Source: Acaryochloris marina S15 (GTDB lineage: Bacteria; Cyanobacteriota; Cyanobacteriia; Thermosynechococcales; Thermosynechococcaceae). Taken from it: 32,000 bases of DNA. A model generated the notes under the pieces. It saw only the letters and a list, made by a program, of their open reading frames with translations. It was not told the origin of the DNA and did no database searches. How positions within the stretch are numbered: position 1 is the first letter of the stretch; each line of letters opens with the position of its first letter. Shown here piece after piece: positions 16,800 through 26,400 of this stretch. A program made the position numbers and the translations under genes. The DNA is taken from contig NZ_CP064923.1 in assembly GCF_018336915.1 (NCBI RefSeq), positions 750,001 through 782,000 of the forward strand, given 5' to 3'.

Positions 16800-17816
16800 A
16801 TGACTCGTGTTGTTCGTATTCATGAATTTGGGGGTCCTGAAGGTCTCAAAATTGACAACCTTGCGTTACCTGCACCAGGTTCTGGCGAAGTCCGTATTGC
16901 AATACGGGCGATTGGTCTCAATCGTGCCGATGGCCTCCTCCGCCAAAATCAATATATTGAAACGCCGGAGCTGCCATCCAAGTTGGGCTATGACGTTGCC
17001 GGTACGGTGGAGGCAGTAGGACCTGATGTGGATAACGTTGTGGTGGGCGATCGCATTCTCACCATCCCAACCTTTTCCCAGGCCGACTATGGGGTCTATG
17101 GTGAAGCCGCAATTGTCCCCGCCAATGCCCTCTGGCCCTGGCCCGATACTCTTTCCGCAGAGCAGGCCGCTTGCGTTGGTGTCCAGTACACTACCGTCTA
17201 CTTTGCCCTGCAAAGGGTCGGTCATTTACAGGTCGGTGATACCGTTTTACTCACTGCAGCTACGGGCGGTGTTGGTTTTGCCGCTATTGCTGTAGCCAAA
17301 CAAATGGGGGCGACGGTCATCGCTACCACCCGCAAGCGGGCCAAAGCCGATGCCCTTCACCAAGCTGGAGCAGATCATGTGGTGGTCACTAGTGAAGAAG
17401 ACCTGGCAGAGCGGGTTCAGGTGATTACTGATGGACAGGGAGTCAAGGTGATTTTTGATGCGATCGCAGGCCGTACCATTCCCACCCTCCTCGACTGCCT
17501 AGCCATGGGAGGCTGCTGTATTTTGTATGGTCTCCTGGATTCAACGGAACCCACCTTACCCGTGATGCCATTTCTGTTAAAAAACATCAGTCTGCATGGG
17601 TATACCGTGTTCGCCTATACGGGGTATCCCAATTTTGGTCTTCCTCAACAAACAGAAGCGGTCGTAGCAGCCCGTGAATTTCTCCTTCCCCGTCTAGCAG
17701 ATGGCCGTTTGCAGCCGATGGTCAGTGAAACCTTCCCATTTGAAGAAGTCATTGCTGCCCACCATGCTTTAGAGTCCAACCAGCAAACTGGCAAAATTGT
17801 GTTGAAAGTTCATTAG
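16800..17816 (+). CDS. Zinc-independent MDR-family NADPH:quinone oxidoreductase (zeta-crystallin-like)
   Basis: 338 aa. GroES-like N-terminus (GEVRIAIRAIGLNRAD), cofactor motif AATGGVGFAAIAVAK, C-terminus ..QTGKIVLKV typical of Qor-like enzymes. Confidence 0.85.
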   Translation: MTRVVRIHEFGGPEGLKIDNLALPAPGSGEVRIAIRAIGLNRADGLLRQNQYIETPELPSKLGYDVAGTVEAVGPDVDNVVVGDRILTIPTFSQADYGVYGEAAIVPANALWPWPDTLSAEQAACVGVQYTTVYFALQRVGHLQVGDTVLLTAATGGVGFAAIAVAKQMGATVIATTRKRAKADALHQAGADHVVVTSEEDLAERVQVITDGQGVKVIFDAIAGRTIPTLLDCLAMGGCCILYGLLDSTEPTLPVMPFLLKNISLHGYTVFAYTGYPNFGLPQQTEAVVAAREFLLPRLADGRLQPMVSETFPFEEVIAAHHALESNQQTGKIVLKVH

Positions 17817-17844
17817 CGATAGAGCACTGGAGGCAAGGTTTGGG

Positions 17845-18111
17845 TCACCTGATGCAGAACCTCAGCATATCGCTCACAACCCCTGGGGCATATTGCTCCG
17901 TCCCCCAGGCCTAGGTCGCATCTGAGAGATCGGGCAGTTTTCTCTCTAGAACATCATCAATGGCCTGGGCAAATGGGTGAGCATTGAGAGGAGCCACCTT
18001 AAATCCATTGCAACTGTCTTGCACCATATCTCGCAGCCCCTCTAAATTAGAAGCAACCACAGAGGTTCTGGCTTTATTGGCCTCCAAGATCACCACGTCA
18101 AAGCCTTCCAT
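17845..18111 (-). pseudogene. Remnant of a GT1/GT4-family glycosyltransferase (C-terminal fragment only)
   Basis: EGFDVVILEANKARTSVVASNLEGLRDMVQDSCNGFKV matches the GT-B C-terminal core (EGFG..lEAma.G.PVVas..gG..e.v.dg.nG.lv). A stop codon lies immediately upstream of the Met. The in-frame TAG at 17911-17913 is followed by further open sequence (AWGTEQYAPGVVSDMLRF..). The roughly 250-aa N-terminal portion is absent. Confidence 0.65.
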
Positions 18112-18163
18112 ATCTCTTTCAAAACCACATTAGAACCGATCGGCGTTACCCTCTAAAAAGTGT

Positions 18164-18691
18164 ATGGGTCGCTTTCAAGAGAGGAGTTTTGTTCTAATGC
18201 CCCTGAATCGTATTGAACCCGGTCCGGGTCAAGAATCTGTTTGGGATTATCCTCGTCCTCCTCGTTTAGAAGACTCTTCTAAACATCTGCAGATCATTAT
18301 TAATGGGGTTACCTTAGCTGATACCCACCAGGCCAAGCGAGTCCTAGAGACCAGTCATCCGCCGGTCTACTATATTCCGCCCACTGATATTCAAATGGAA
18401 TATTTACAGCTAACGCGGCGATCGACGTTTTGTGAGTGGAAAGGATCTGCAGGATATTACACGGTAACCGTGTGCGATCGCATCGAAGAAAACGTAGGTT
18501 GGTTTTACGCCAATCCCACCCCTCGCTTCGCTGATCTCAAAGATTACGTCGCCTTCTATCCTAGCCGCATGGACGTTTGCACCCTCGATGGAGAAGTGGT
18601 CCAGGCCCAGTCTGGTGATTTTTACGGTGGTTGGATTACACCCGATATTGTTGGCCCCTTTAAAGGCGGTGCCGGAACTTGGGGATGGTAA
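18164..18691 (+). CDS. DUF427 domain-containing protein
   Basis: ESVWDYPRPPRLE...INGVTLADTHQAKRVLETSHPPVYYIPPTDI...CEWKGSAGYY...FYP matches the DUF427 pattern. An alternative start ATG at 18197 (MPLNRIEPG..) is at least as likely. Confidence 0.7.
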   Translation: MGRFQERSFVLMPLNRIEPGPGQESVWDYPRPPRLEDSSKHLQIIINGVTLADTHQAKRVLETSHPPVYYIPPTDIQMEYLQLTRRSTFCEWKGSAGYYTVTVCDRIEENVGWFYANPTPRFADLKDYVAFYPSRMDVCTLDGEVVQAQSGDFYGGWITPDIVGPFKGGAGTWGW

Positions 18692-18740
18692 ATATGCAGA
18701 GGATTCCCCAAACAACTTGAGGCGTTCTCGCAATATCTAT

Positions 18741-19301
18741 CTACTGCACCGCAACTTCATAGACTGCTTGAACGGCAGCCATCGGCTTTAAAGACTCACT
18801 ATAATCCCATTGCACATGGGTATAAGCTTCAGCCGGTGCAGGCTCCATCTTGACCGTTCCATCCGGCTGAGTCACCTCCAGCATGGGTTGTTCAGCATAA
18901 GTCTGACCATCATCAATACTGTAAGTAAGCGTGGCACCGTTGGCCCGAGCAGAATCCAATACGTAAGCTGTTTTGTTGGGAATGGGTTGGTTGATTTTTA
19001 GCTCCGAAGCGGATTTATCCCCAGCATTCTCACTTAGCAAGGTATAGCGCAAGACATCACCCGGACGGACAGTGACATTACCCTCTACAGCTTCCCAGAC
19101 GATTTCTTGCTCCCCTTCTGCGTTGGTAGAAATGACTTGTTTCTCTGCAGATAGTGCTAGTTTTACCTCTGGCTGTAATATTTTTTGCACCAGCTCTGCG
19201 CCAGCCTTTTGCAAATTAGCAAAGACCGGAGTGCCGCTGGCAAAAGGAACAGCTACAGCAACCGCTAAAATACCCAGACCAATTGATAAGCGACGTTTCA
19301 T
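18741..19301 (-). CDS. Small secreted DUF11-like (conserved repeat domain) protein
   Basis: Signal peptide MKRRLSIGLGILAVAVAVPFASGTPVFA from ATG 19301 (the listed start at 19325 is TTG). A single domain with VRPGDVLRYTLLSENAGDKSA..L.I.QPIP..T.YV..SA...GA.LTYSIDDGQTY resembles the DUF11/TIGR01451 repeat. Confidence 0.55.
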   Translation of the reverse strand: MKRRLSIGLGILAVAVAVPFASGTPVFANLQKAGAELVQKILQPEVKLALSAEKQVISTNAEGEQEIVWEAVEGNVTVRPGDVLRYTLLSENAGDKSASELKINQPIPNKTAYVLDSARANGATLTYSIDDGQTYAEQPMLEVTQPDGTVKMEPAPAEAYTHVQWDYSESLKPMAAVQAVYEVAVQ

Positions 19302-19397
19302 TATTTGAAGACCTTTGAAATGCAACAGTAGAGGGATTGAGAAGGATTGAACCCCAAAAACAGATGATCTGTTGATAGGGTTCCCTCCTAACCCCCA

Positions 19398-21941
19398 TTA
19401 CTTAATACGACGACGGAAGAAGAACTGACCCCGCTGACCTGGATCAACTTGTCCGACCTCATTCTCATATTTCTGGATTTTGGTATCATCCACCGGATCT
19501 GATGTGGTCAAAGGATTGGGATCATCACTGTTCGTGAAGTATCTCACGGTCCCTTGATCTGCGCTCGTATTTTGCTGATGGTTAGAGAAGCCCGCCCAGT
19601 TATTGGTTGTGCCTCCCACAATCGCAGTGCCATCTTCTACTAAGGTCAAGTCAGGAATTGTCAAACCGATGTTGCCATTCCCCACGACAGGAGTAGAAAT
19701 ATTCTCGTAAGTAACCCGGTACTCCAGCTGATAATCCAGCTGGATATTAACACTATCTAAAATAGTCTGATCAGAGGTCCAGGCCTGAATGACCTCCCCA
19801 TTGGCGTCCAGTACTTGGACTTCTTTGATGACTTGTAAAAAGCCAGTATACAGACGATCAATCGTCACATTATTGGTAGTTTCTCCCGTAAAACCCGGAT
19901 TATTGACTGGATCATCATCCGCAAAAGCCACGATGGGAATGGGAATCTCATCATTTAGCCCCACCCCATCCGGTAGATCCACCGTCACCGAATAGTTAAT
20001 GGCCCTTCCTCCGGGTAAATTACCAGCATTGACATGCTTAGGCGTACCATCAGCAACACCCCCCGTCGTACTAGCAAACAACTCAAAGGTATTGGTGGTA
20101 CTATCCCATCGATAGGTTGCGGTTAGCTCATCACCATTCCCAGGGTTACCATCCGGATCATAAGCAATAGTGACAACCGTACCGTTGGGGATATCAGCAT
20201 CTGTTCCATATTGCCCCGTCAATGTACTCTCATCAGCTCCTTCAGCCTGAGTCGGTGAAATCGGCTGAATCGTGACATCAGCGATAAACCCGGTGCTTGC
20301 TGGATTTTGAACGGAATTGGTGAAGGTAGATGGAGCCGGGTCAAAGGTATCAGTAGGACCTAGATTTGGCGGGATATCAGTCGATCGATTCGTAAAATCA
20401 TCATCGTCATCAGAGGGCCCTCCTGCTCCAGGCACACCATCGGGACCATTGAGAATATCATCACTAGCTGCCACTTCTCCTAAGCGGATCACATTGGCTT
20501 CACCATTAGGACCCGTTCCATTGTTGCCGTTGCCTGCATCCGTACCTTGCGTGACTGGATTTGCAACCCCTGTATCGGTTGTCGGGTTATAGTTACTTCC
20601 AGTTGGGCTGGGAGGCGTTTGATTGTCATTAAAGTTATTGGGGTGAGAATCACCCGATTCATCATAAATAACTTGGTTAGACGGATCACCAAACGTTTCT
20701 CCAAACACCTGGGCTAAGTTGTTCACCTGTCCACCTAGGGGTGGCAAGCCAGATGTAATCACGGTAAAGCGAAATGGCGTTACGGTTGTCCCTCTACCTA
20801 GAACAGGCCCACCCACAAAAACAAACCCAAGCCGTGTCACTGAAGTCAGAGGCGGTGGCGTTGTGACCCAAGCTGCAGCTGTTGCTGGTGTACTGGTTGG
20901 TGTAGTGGTATAAACAGCTTGCCAATTGGCTGGAATGTTATCAATCGAAGACAGCTTTGTCCCCACAGGGATAGCATCAGAGACAAGAATTTGGGGAGTC
21001 GATGTGCCGTTCAAATTAATTGGCGTTCCCTCTAAATTAGTAGGAACAAAAGCAGCATTCGGTGAGGTATTCTCAACGGTTAGCTCTAAATCATAGGTAA
21101 TTAAGTCATCGTTAGCTGCCGGAGTCGGTCCTGGGTTTAGATTGGATGCTGTCTTGGCTATCGTTGCCAAAGCAATCGGTCTGAGGGAGCTACCAAAAGG
21201 AATGCTATTTGTAGCACTGGCTTCCCGTTCACCATTTTCCGGTGCACCATTACTTGGATTAGCATCAATGGTACGAAGGTCATTTGAGCGAGCACCATCT
21301 GCATTATCAGGTTGGTTTTGAGTACTGGCACTATTGTTATTGGGACCTGTATTACCTAGTGTGACTCCGACATCGGCACCAGCGGGTATATTCGAGGCTG
21401 GAGTCCCTGTCACACGAATCTTTAAGACCTGATCAGGATCTAGATCTGCTAATCCAGTTATCGACAGTGCACTCAGGTTAGAACCACCTGCAGGTACCGT
21501 CGCTAGTACTGTACCTGCTGCATTTACAATCTGAACCGTACTGGGTACAAAATTCTCAGCATTCAGATTATTTGTACCAGGGATAAATAAGTCAGTCGGC
21601 GCATTACCAATATTGGTGACATCGAAGGTAAAGGTTAAAGTATCCCCAGCATCAACGGATCCACCATTTACATCAGCAAATCCAGAAGGTACAGCCGATA
21701 AACCTGCAACTTCAGCAACAGTGACTGTAATCGTATTGGATGTTGTATCAATGGTCGTTGGGGATGAAGGATCATCCTTATAGGTGCCAGTGGCGGTATT
21801 GGTGATCTGTTCCCCTGCGGCGGTTCCTAAAGCAAAGGCAGGGAAAAGGGGCTGAAGAAGACTACTGGCCAAAATGGCAGCAATGGCGAGAGGGCCAACT
21901 TTACGTGGAGAAGTATAGGACTGAGTTCTATCGTCATTCAT
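19398..21941 (-). CDS. Large secreted T/N/P/G-rich protein with DUF11-like repeat domains
   Basis: Probable start ATG 21941 (MNDDRTQSY..GPLAIAAILASSLLQPLFPAFALG, signal-like); the listed start at 22016 is TTG. N-terminal ITNTATGTYKD...SNTITVTVAEVAGLS and C-terminal LQVIKEVQV...YRVTYENIS..TIPDLTLVED blocks resemble DUF11 repeats. The central region is low-complexity. It lies 72 bp upstream of the small DUF11-like gene. Confidence 0.55.
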   Translation of the reverse strand: MNDDRTQSYTSPRKVGPLAIAAILASSLLQPLFPAFALGTAAGEQITNTATGTYKDDPSSPTTIDTTSNTITVTVAEVAGLSAVPSGFADVNGGSVDAGDTLTFTFDVTNIGNAPTDLFIPGTNNLNAENFVPSTVQIVNAAGTVLATVPAGGSNLSALSITGLADLDPDQVLKIRVTGTPASNIPAGADVGVTLGNTGPNNNSASTQNQPDNADGARSNDLRTIDANPSNGAPENGEREASATNSIPFGSSLRPIALATIAKTASNLNPGPTPAANDDLITYDLELTVENTSPNAAFVPTNLEGTPINLNGTSTPQILVSDAIPVGTKLSSIDNIPANWQAVYTTTPTSTPATAAAWVTTPPPLTSVTRLGFVFVGGPVLGRGTTVTPFRFTVITSGLPPLGGQVNNLAQVFGETFGDPSNQVIYDESGDSHPNNFNDNQTPPSPTGSNYNPTTDTGVANPVTQGTDAGNGNNGTGPNGEANVIRLGEVAASDDILNGPDGVPGAGGPSDDDDDFTNRSTDIPPNLGPTDTFDPAPSTFTNSVQNPASTGFIADVTIQPISPTQAEGADESTLTGQYGTDADIPNGTVVTIAYDPDGNPGNGDELTATYRWDSTTNTFELFASTTGGVADGTPKHVNAGNLPGGRAINYSVTVDLPDGVGLNDEIPIPIVAFADDDPVNNPGFTGETTNNVTIDRLYTGFLQVIKEVQVLDANGEVIQAWTSDQTILDSVNIQLDYQLEYRVTYENISTPVVGNGNIGLTIPDLTLVEDGTAIVGGTTNNWAGFSNHQQNTSADQGTVRYFTNSDDPNPLTTSDPVDDTKIQKYENEVGQVDPGQRGQFFFRRRIK

Positions 21942-23026
21942 GTCGTCTTGGAGTTCTTGGTAATGGGGAACACAGAAAATCAGGATCTGCAGCAAGGAAT
22001 CACAATTCACTCGCAATCAAACAATATTGATCACTTCAAGTTCAAGCTGGACCCTTTCACTTGAGTTGTAGAGTGCCGTTTTTCCCCATTTCATAACGAA
22101 ATTAGAAAGTCAGCTTACTCTCCCCGGTCTATTAGGATTCAGGGACAATATAGTTTTGCAAAGTCAGTGCTAATGATGCACATGAGTTGTCAGATCTACA
22201 CAGATCTAGGGTTCCCATCGATAAAACTTAAAATGACATCTCAATCCAGACCCCTCATTGATTTAGATGTAGTTAGCTTTTTCTAGTTATTCAAGAAGGT
22301 AATAATAATATGGTTTTATCTTGAGTATTTCTCAATGTTTCGGCTCAATCAAAATGAATTTAAATTTTGTCTAGTTAATATAGATAATCTTCGATTGTAT
22401 TAAAATAAATAACCGCGTTAAATGAGTATAAAATCTAGAAAGTTAATCTCAGGCAATTGCCTTGTCTAGTGAATTTCTATAGAGGAATTAGTTTGCTTAT
22501 CTCTCTTGTAGATACTACTAATAAAGTAATGTTACTTAAGCCAGAAGAATCAGCCGCTTCTCCACCCAATTCCGACGTAGTCTGCATTATAATAGATCTC
22601 TTAAAATATTATGGTGACTGAGTTATAAGGTTATGGCATAAATTAAATCAGTTGCTAATCTCACCATAAAAACACCAGAAAATATATGATGTACGGTATA
22701 GATTAACTTACATTATGGCCAATATAAATCATCTAGTTTTCTGGTTGATTTATATGGGTAATTTGAATTTGATAAATACTCCCTGCTTACAGAACTCTCG
22801 ATTAAAAATGATTGAAATCTTGAATCTCTATATGAAGTACAAATCTTTTGAATAAATGAGGTATTCAATCTGCCCTATAAGGAAAGAGGCTGTCAATATA
22901 TTGACTTGGGCAAATGCTGAGGCAGAGTTAGAGGATTGTGTGGATTATGTCCAGGGTAACCATTCCTTCTACTCAATAAAGAAATTGCAGACTTTTCTTG
23001 ATAACAAGTGAAGTATTGAAGAAAAC

Positions 23027-23455
23027 TTATTCTTCAGAACTCGCAAACTGAGCAAAGAGTTGAGCTCCTGTCATGTCATGGGTTTTATTAGCAAAGCTGT
23101 AGAAGTCAGGTTTCTCCTCAATAAAAACTTGATGATCAAACAGAAATTCTTCGCTGTTAGTAAACAGCCCCACAGGGATAAAATGCTGCTGTGTTTCTTT
23201 TAAGCGGTAAAACAGGTGCGTGCCGCAGGTCTGGCAAAATCCTCGTTCAGCCCAATCAGAAGAATTAAAGATCGAAATTTTCTCTTGGTTTTCAAACATC
23301 ACTTCTGTACCACACTCAGTTGCAAAAAACGGTCCTCCAGACCATTGACGACAGGTTGAACAATGGCAAGCACCCACGTTGGGATTCACCGCCTTAGCAA
23401 CCACATGAACTGCTCCACAGAGGCAACTTCCTTGTGCTTCTAGCAAATTTGACAT
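23027..23455 (-). CDS. GFA-family protein (glutathione-dependent formaldehyde-activating/CENP-V-like zinc domain)
   Basis: Cys pattern CLCGAV...CHCSTCRQWSG...CQTCGTHLFY. ATG at 23455 (the listed TTG at 23458 is one codon upstream). Confidence 0.8.
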   Translation of the reverse strand: MSNLLEAQGSCLCGAVHVVAKAVNPNVGACHCSTCRQWSGGPFFATECGTEVMFENQEKISIFNSSDWAERGFCQTCGTHLFYRLKETQQHFIPVGLFTNSEEFLFDHQVFIEEKPDFYSFANKTHDMTGAQLFAQFASSEE

Positions 23456-23529
23456 CAAAGGCTCCCATGTAAATATTCAGGCATTATAGGGGGTGTTTTA
23501 TTTCCTGTGAATTCTAAATTTAAGCAAGC

Positions 23530-24684
23530 TTATCTTTTTTGTTGCCACCGCAGAGTTTTTCCTGGTCTCAGCAGTAAAACTACCCCAATGAATCCAGTCA
23601 TAATATTGGGTAACCAAGCCCCAAGCCACGGCGAAATGATGCCTAATTGGCCCCAGGCATCGGCGATGAAAATTAGGATATATTGCCCCAACACCACAAT
23701 CAGACTCATACCAAAGCCATTGCTAACGGCCAACCGACGCTGACTGATGCCTAAAGAACTTCCTACCAATCCAAAGACGATCACTGTAAATGGGAGCGAA
23801 ACTTTGCGATGAATTTGGATCGCTAAGGCCCTGACTTGAGTTGGATTACCTGTTTGTCGGAGTTTGGCTAGCAGCTGTTTTGACTGGGCGAGGGTCACCC
23901 CATTGGGGTTGATGTCATGATCAGCAAAAGACAATGGAGGCGGCAGTTGTAGTTCCTGTTTTGAAAACTCAATAATATGTTTCTCAGCTCCATCAGTCCC
24001 GACGGCATAAATGGAGCCATCCTCAAAAGTCCAGAGATTTTGTTCTGCATTCCAGGTCGCTGATTTAGCAACTAAGATCTGCTGATGGTTGGGCAACGTC
24101 CAATCGATAACGGTTATTCCAGACAAGGTTTTTTCCTGGGCCGTTTGAGCATAAAAGAGGCGGCGCAGTTTTTGATTGGGACCGATATCTTGATAAACGA
24201 TATGGCGGTCCTGGAGTGAAAATTGCCCTGCTTGCAAGGTTTGAAGAAGTAGATGTTGTGAGTGAGCTTGACTCATGGGAACAACGCTTTCTGTTAGTCC
24301 CAACATCAATAGACAGGCCAATAGTGAAAAACCAAGACAAGAGCCAATCAATCGATTTAAGTCCATCCCTGTGGATTGGAGTGCCATTAGCTCACCATCG
24401 CCCTGCAACCGGGATAAGGTCAGCAAACAGGCTAATAGTACTGACATGGGAATGGCGAGGCTGACAAAGTAAGGTAGCTGTAGGGCGAGGATCGATAGTG
24501 CGATCGCAAGGGGTAACCGCGCTTCTGAAACCTGACGCAATAAGTCAAACAAAACGGCAGCCGACACACCAATGGACGAAAAAGCTCCCATCCCCCACAA
24601 AAAAGGCGGCAACAATTGTCGAAACAGATAGCGATCGATCAAAGCCAATCGTTGCCGCCCTAAAACCCTGCTTACTCTAGACAT
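23530..24684 (-). CDS. LptF/LptG-family LPS export permease
   Basis: 384 aa. N-terminus LIDRYLFRQLLPPFL, three TM segments, a periplasmic insert of roughly 130 aa, then three more TM segments. Immediately downstream of lptB. Confidence 0.8.
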   Translation of the reverse strand: MSRVSRVLGRQRLALIDRYLFRQLLPPFLWGMGAFSSIGVSAAVLFDLLRQVSEARLPLAIALSILALQLPYFVSLAIPMSVLLACLLTLSRLQGDGELMALQSTGMDLNRLIGSCLGFSLLACLLMLGLTESVVPMSQAHSQHLLLQTLQAGQFSLQDRHIVYQDIGPNQKLRRLFYAQTAQEKTLSGITVIDWTLPNHQQILVAKSATWNAEQNLWTFEDGSIYAVGTDGAEKHIIEFSKQELQLPPPLSFADHDINPNGVTLAQSKQLLAKLRQTGNPTQVRALAIQIHRKVSLPFTVIVFGLVGSSLGISQRRLAVSNGFGMSLIVVLGQYILIFIADAWGQLGIISPWLGAWLPNIMTGFIGVVLLLRPGKTLRWQQKR

Positions 24685-24707
24685 CAGCTATGAGTCCAGA
24701 GTGATGA

Positions 24708-25436
24708 TCAACGCTGAAACTGATCTCCCAAGTAATACTGACGAACATGGGGATCATCATAAAGCTCTGTAGGTGTCCCCGCAGCCAAGATACTCCCTTC
24801 CCTTAAGATATAGGCCCGATGCGTGATCGCCAGGGTTTCGCGGACATTATGGTCTGTGATTAAGATACCTAAGTTGCGATCGCACAATCGAGCAATCATA
24901 GTTTGCATCGCCGCGACAGCGATGGGATCGATCCCTGCAAAGGGTTCATCCAAAAGGAGAAATCGAGGCCCATCTTTACCCATCGCTAATACCCGTGCCA
25001 ATTCAGTCCGGCGTCGCTCACCTCCAGACACTTGCATGCCCAGAGTATCGGCCACATGATCAAGCTGAAATTCTGTGAGTAAATGGGTTAACCGAGTAGA
25101 CCATTGTTTGCGGGGCACCCCCGACTGTTCCATCACCATCAATAAATTATCTCGGACACTCAGATGCCGAAAAATACTTGGTTCCTGGGCCAGGTAGCCG
25201 ATTCCTAGCCGGGCTCGCTGATGTAACGGTAATGCCGTGATCTCTTGACTGCCCAACCAAACGGTTCCCTGGGTCGGTCGTTCTAATCCCACCGCAATAT
25301 AAAAGGTGGTGGTTTTTCCAGCTCCATTGGGCCCCAATAGTCCCACAATCTCACCTTGACCTGTAGACAGCGAGACCTTCTGCAATACGCTACGGCGGCG
25401 ATAAGATTTGCTAATAGATTGTAGGAGAATACGCAA
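24708..25436 (-). CDS. lptB: LPS export ABC transporter ATP-binding protein LptB
   Basis: GLLGPNGAGKTTTFY (Walker A), VSGGERRRTELARVL (signature), LLLDEPFAGIDP (Walker B), ITDHNVRE (H-loop). TTG start at 25436. Flanked by OstA-like and LptF/G genes. Confidence 0.9.
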   Translation of the reverse strand: MRILLQSISKSYRRRSVLQKVSLSTGQGEIVGLLGPNGAGKTTTFYIAVGLERPTQGTVWLGSQEITALPLHQRARLGIGYLAQEPSIFRHLSVRDNLLMVMEQSGVPRKQWSTRLTHLLTEFQLDHVADTLGMQVSGGERRRTELARVLAMGKDGPRFLLLDEPFAGIDPIAVAAMQTMIARLCDRNLGILITDHNVRETLAITHRAYILREGSILAAGTPTELYDDPHVRQYYLGDQFQR

Positions 25437-25480
25437 GCGGCCTCCTCTCAGATCTTCAGAAAAGTCCTCAGATGCTCAGG

Positions 25481-25891
25481 CTACTTAGATATATTCACCT
25501 TAGTCTCCACCGCCTCAGAGGGATCAGACTCAGCCTCAAATCGGCCTTCATCAATCACATAGGTAATCTTATCCGCTTGGATATTATTGCCTTTATGCTC
25601 GATGAGCACATCTCCTTCCATCAGAATGCGGCGTTCTCGGCTAAAGTACTGAGCCTTAGCAGCAGTCGCTTTCAACTTATGTTGAGGATAAATAATTTGA
25701 ACATTACCTGCTGCTGTCACAACACCGGTTTTAGCATTGGCTTTTTGAACATCCGCCCGCAGGGTCAAAGATCGGCGCTGATCTTGGGCTTGGATCGGAT
25801 TAAAGAAAATCGCCCCTAGCCCTAAGAGGATGATGCATACTAGATTGACTCTGAGTCTAAAAATGGGCGCTCGCATTTGAAAATTGCTCAT
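25481..25891 (-). CDS. LptA/LptC-like OstA-domain periplasmic protein
   Basis: 136 aa. N-terminal hydrophobic anchor/signal VNLVCIILLGLGAIFF, then an OstA-like pattern LRADVQKANAKTGVVTAAGNVQI...AAKAQYF..ERRILMEGDVLIEHKGNNIQADKITY. Directly upstream of lptB. Confidence 0.55.
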   Translation of the reverse strand: MSNFQMRAPIFRLRVNLVCIILLGLGAIFFNPIQAQDQRRSLTLRADVQKANAKTGVVTAAGNVQIIYPQHKLKATAAKAQYFSRERRILMEGDVLIEHKGNNIQADKITYVIDEGRFEAESDPSEAVETKVNISK

Positions 25892-25962
25892 CGGTTACCT
25901 GTTTAAAGCTCGATGGTTCTTTTTTCTAGTCATTCAGCCACTCTAGTTATCTGTATTTGGCT

Positions 25963-26400
25963 TTATTCTACCGTGGTGATTTTGGGTAATAAAGCTAAAT
26001 GAGTAATAAGGCTAGCATCTTGGGGGGCAGACTCAGACTGCTGATGAGCCGGTAAAACGAGTTGACTGAATATCGCCACTTGCTCCGGTCCATGTTGCTG
26101 CAAGCATTCTAATAGGTTTGCACTGACATCAACAAATGTTCCAATATCTAGTCTTGCAAACTCTGGCTCATAGGATTGCAGGCGACCGATACCTTCACCT
26201 AAGAGGATGACGGCACCTTGCCAGTTTTTGTTGCCAAGATGATAACAAGCTACTGAAACTTGTAAAAAACCTTGGTAAAGGCTTTTGGGTGGATCAGTCG
26301 CTTCCATCCATAAGGCCTCAAGCGTGTCGTGACACGCATAATATTGGCCTTGATTAAATTCTTCAACCCCTTGCCAAAAAGCGGGAGGCAGATCTTCCAT
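25963..26400 (-). CDS. DUF309 domain-containing protein
   Basis: FNQGQYYACHDTLEALWMEA....YQGFLQVSVACYHLGNKNWQGA matches the DUF309 motif (F..g.y.eaHe.lE.lW......r..yqGliq.AvA.yH...gN..GA). Its start overlaps the ftrC stop by 1 nt. Confidence 0.6.
   Translation of the reverse strand: MEDLPPAFWQGVEEFNQGQYYACHDTLEALWMEATDPPKSLYQGFLQVSVACYHLGNKNWQGAVILLGEGIGRLQSYEPEFARLDIGTFVDVSANLLECLQQHGPEQVAIFSQLVLPAHQQSESAPQDASLITHLALLPKITTVE

Noticed and set aside
16807-17295. Alternative-frame and antisense ORFs within the quinone oxidoreductase gene (16807-17019, 16866-17225, 17026-17295)
   Set aside because: The main frame has clear MDR-family motifs, and these ORFs have none.
19789-20913. Antisense ORFs of 64-91 aa (and one alternative-frame 71-aa ORF) inside the large DUF11-like gene
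   Set aside because: They are embedded in an 872-codon ORF. Their compositions (Pro/Gly/Val/Ser-rich) mirror the sense-strand low-complexity repeats.
24065-24680. ORFs of 60-91 aa overlapping the LptF/G gene: plus-strand antisense ones (24216-24464, 24275-24472, 24498-24680) and one same-strand alternative-frame ORF (24065-24340)
   Set aside because: These are shadow ORFs inside a clear membrane-permease frame.
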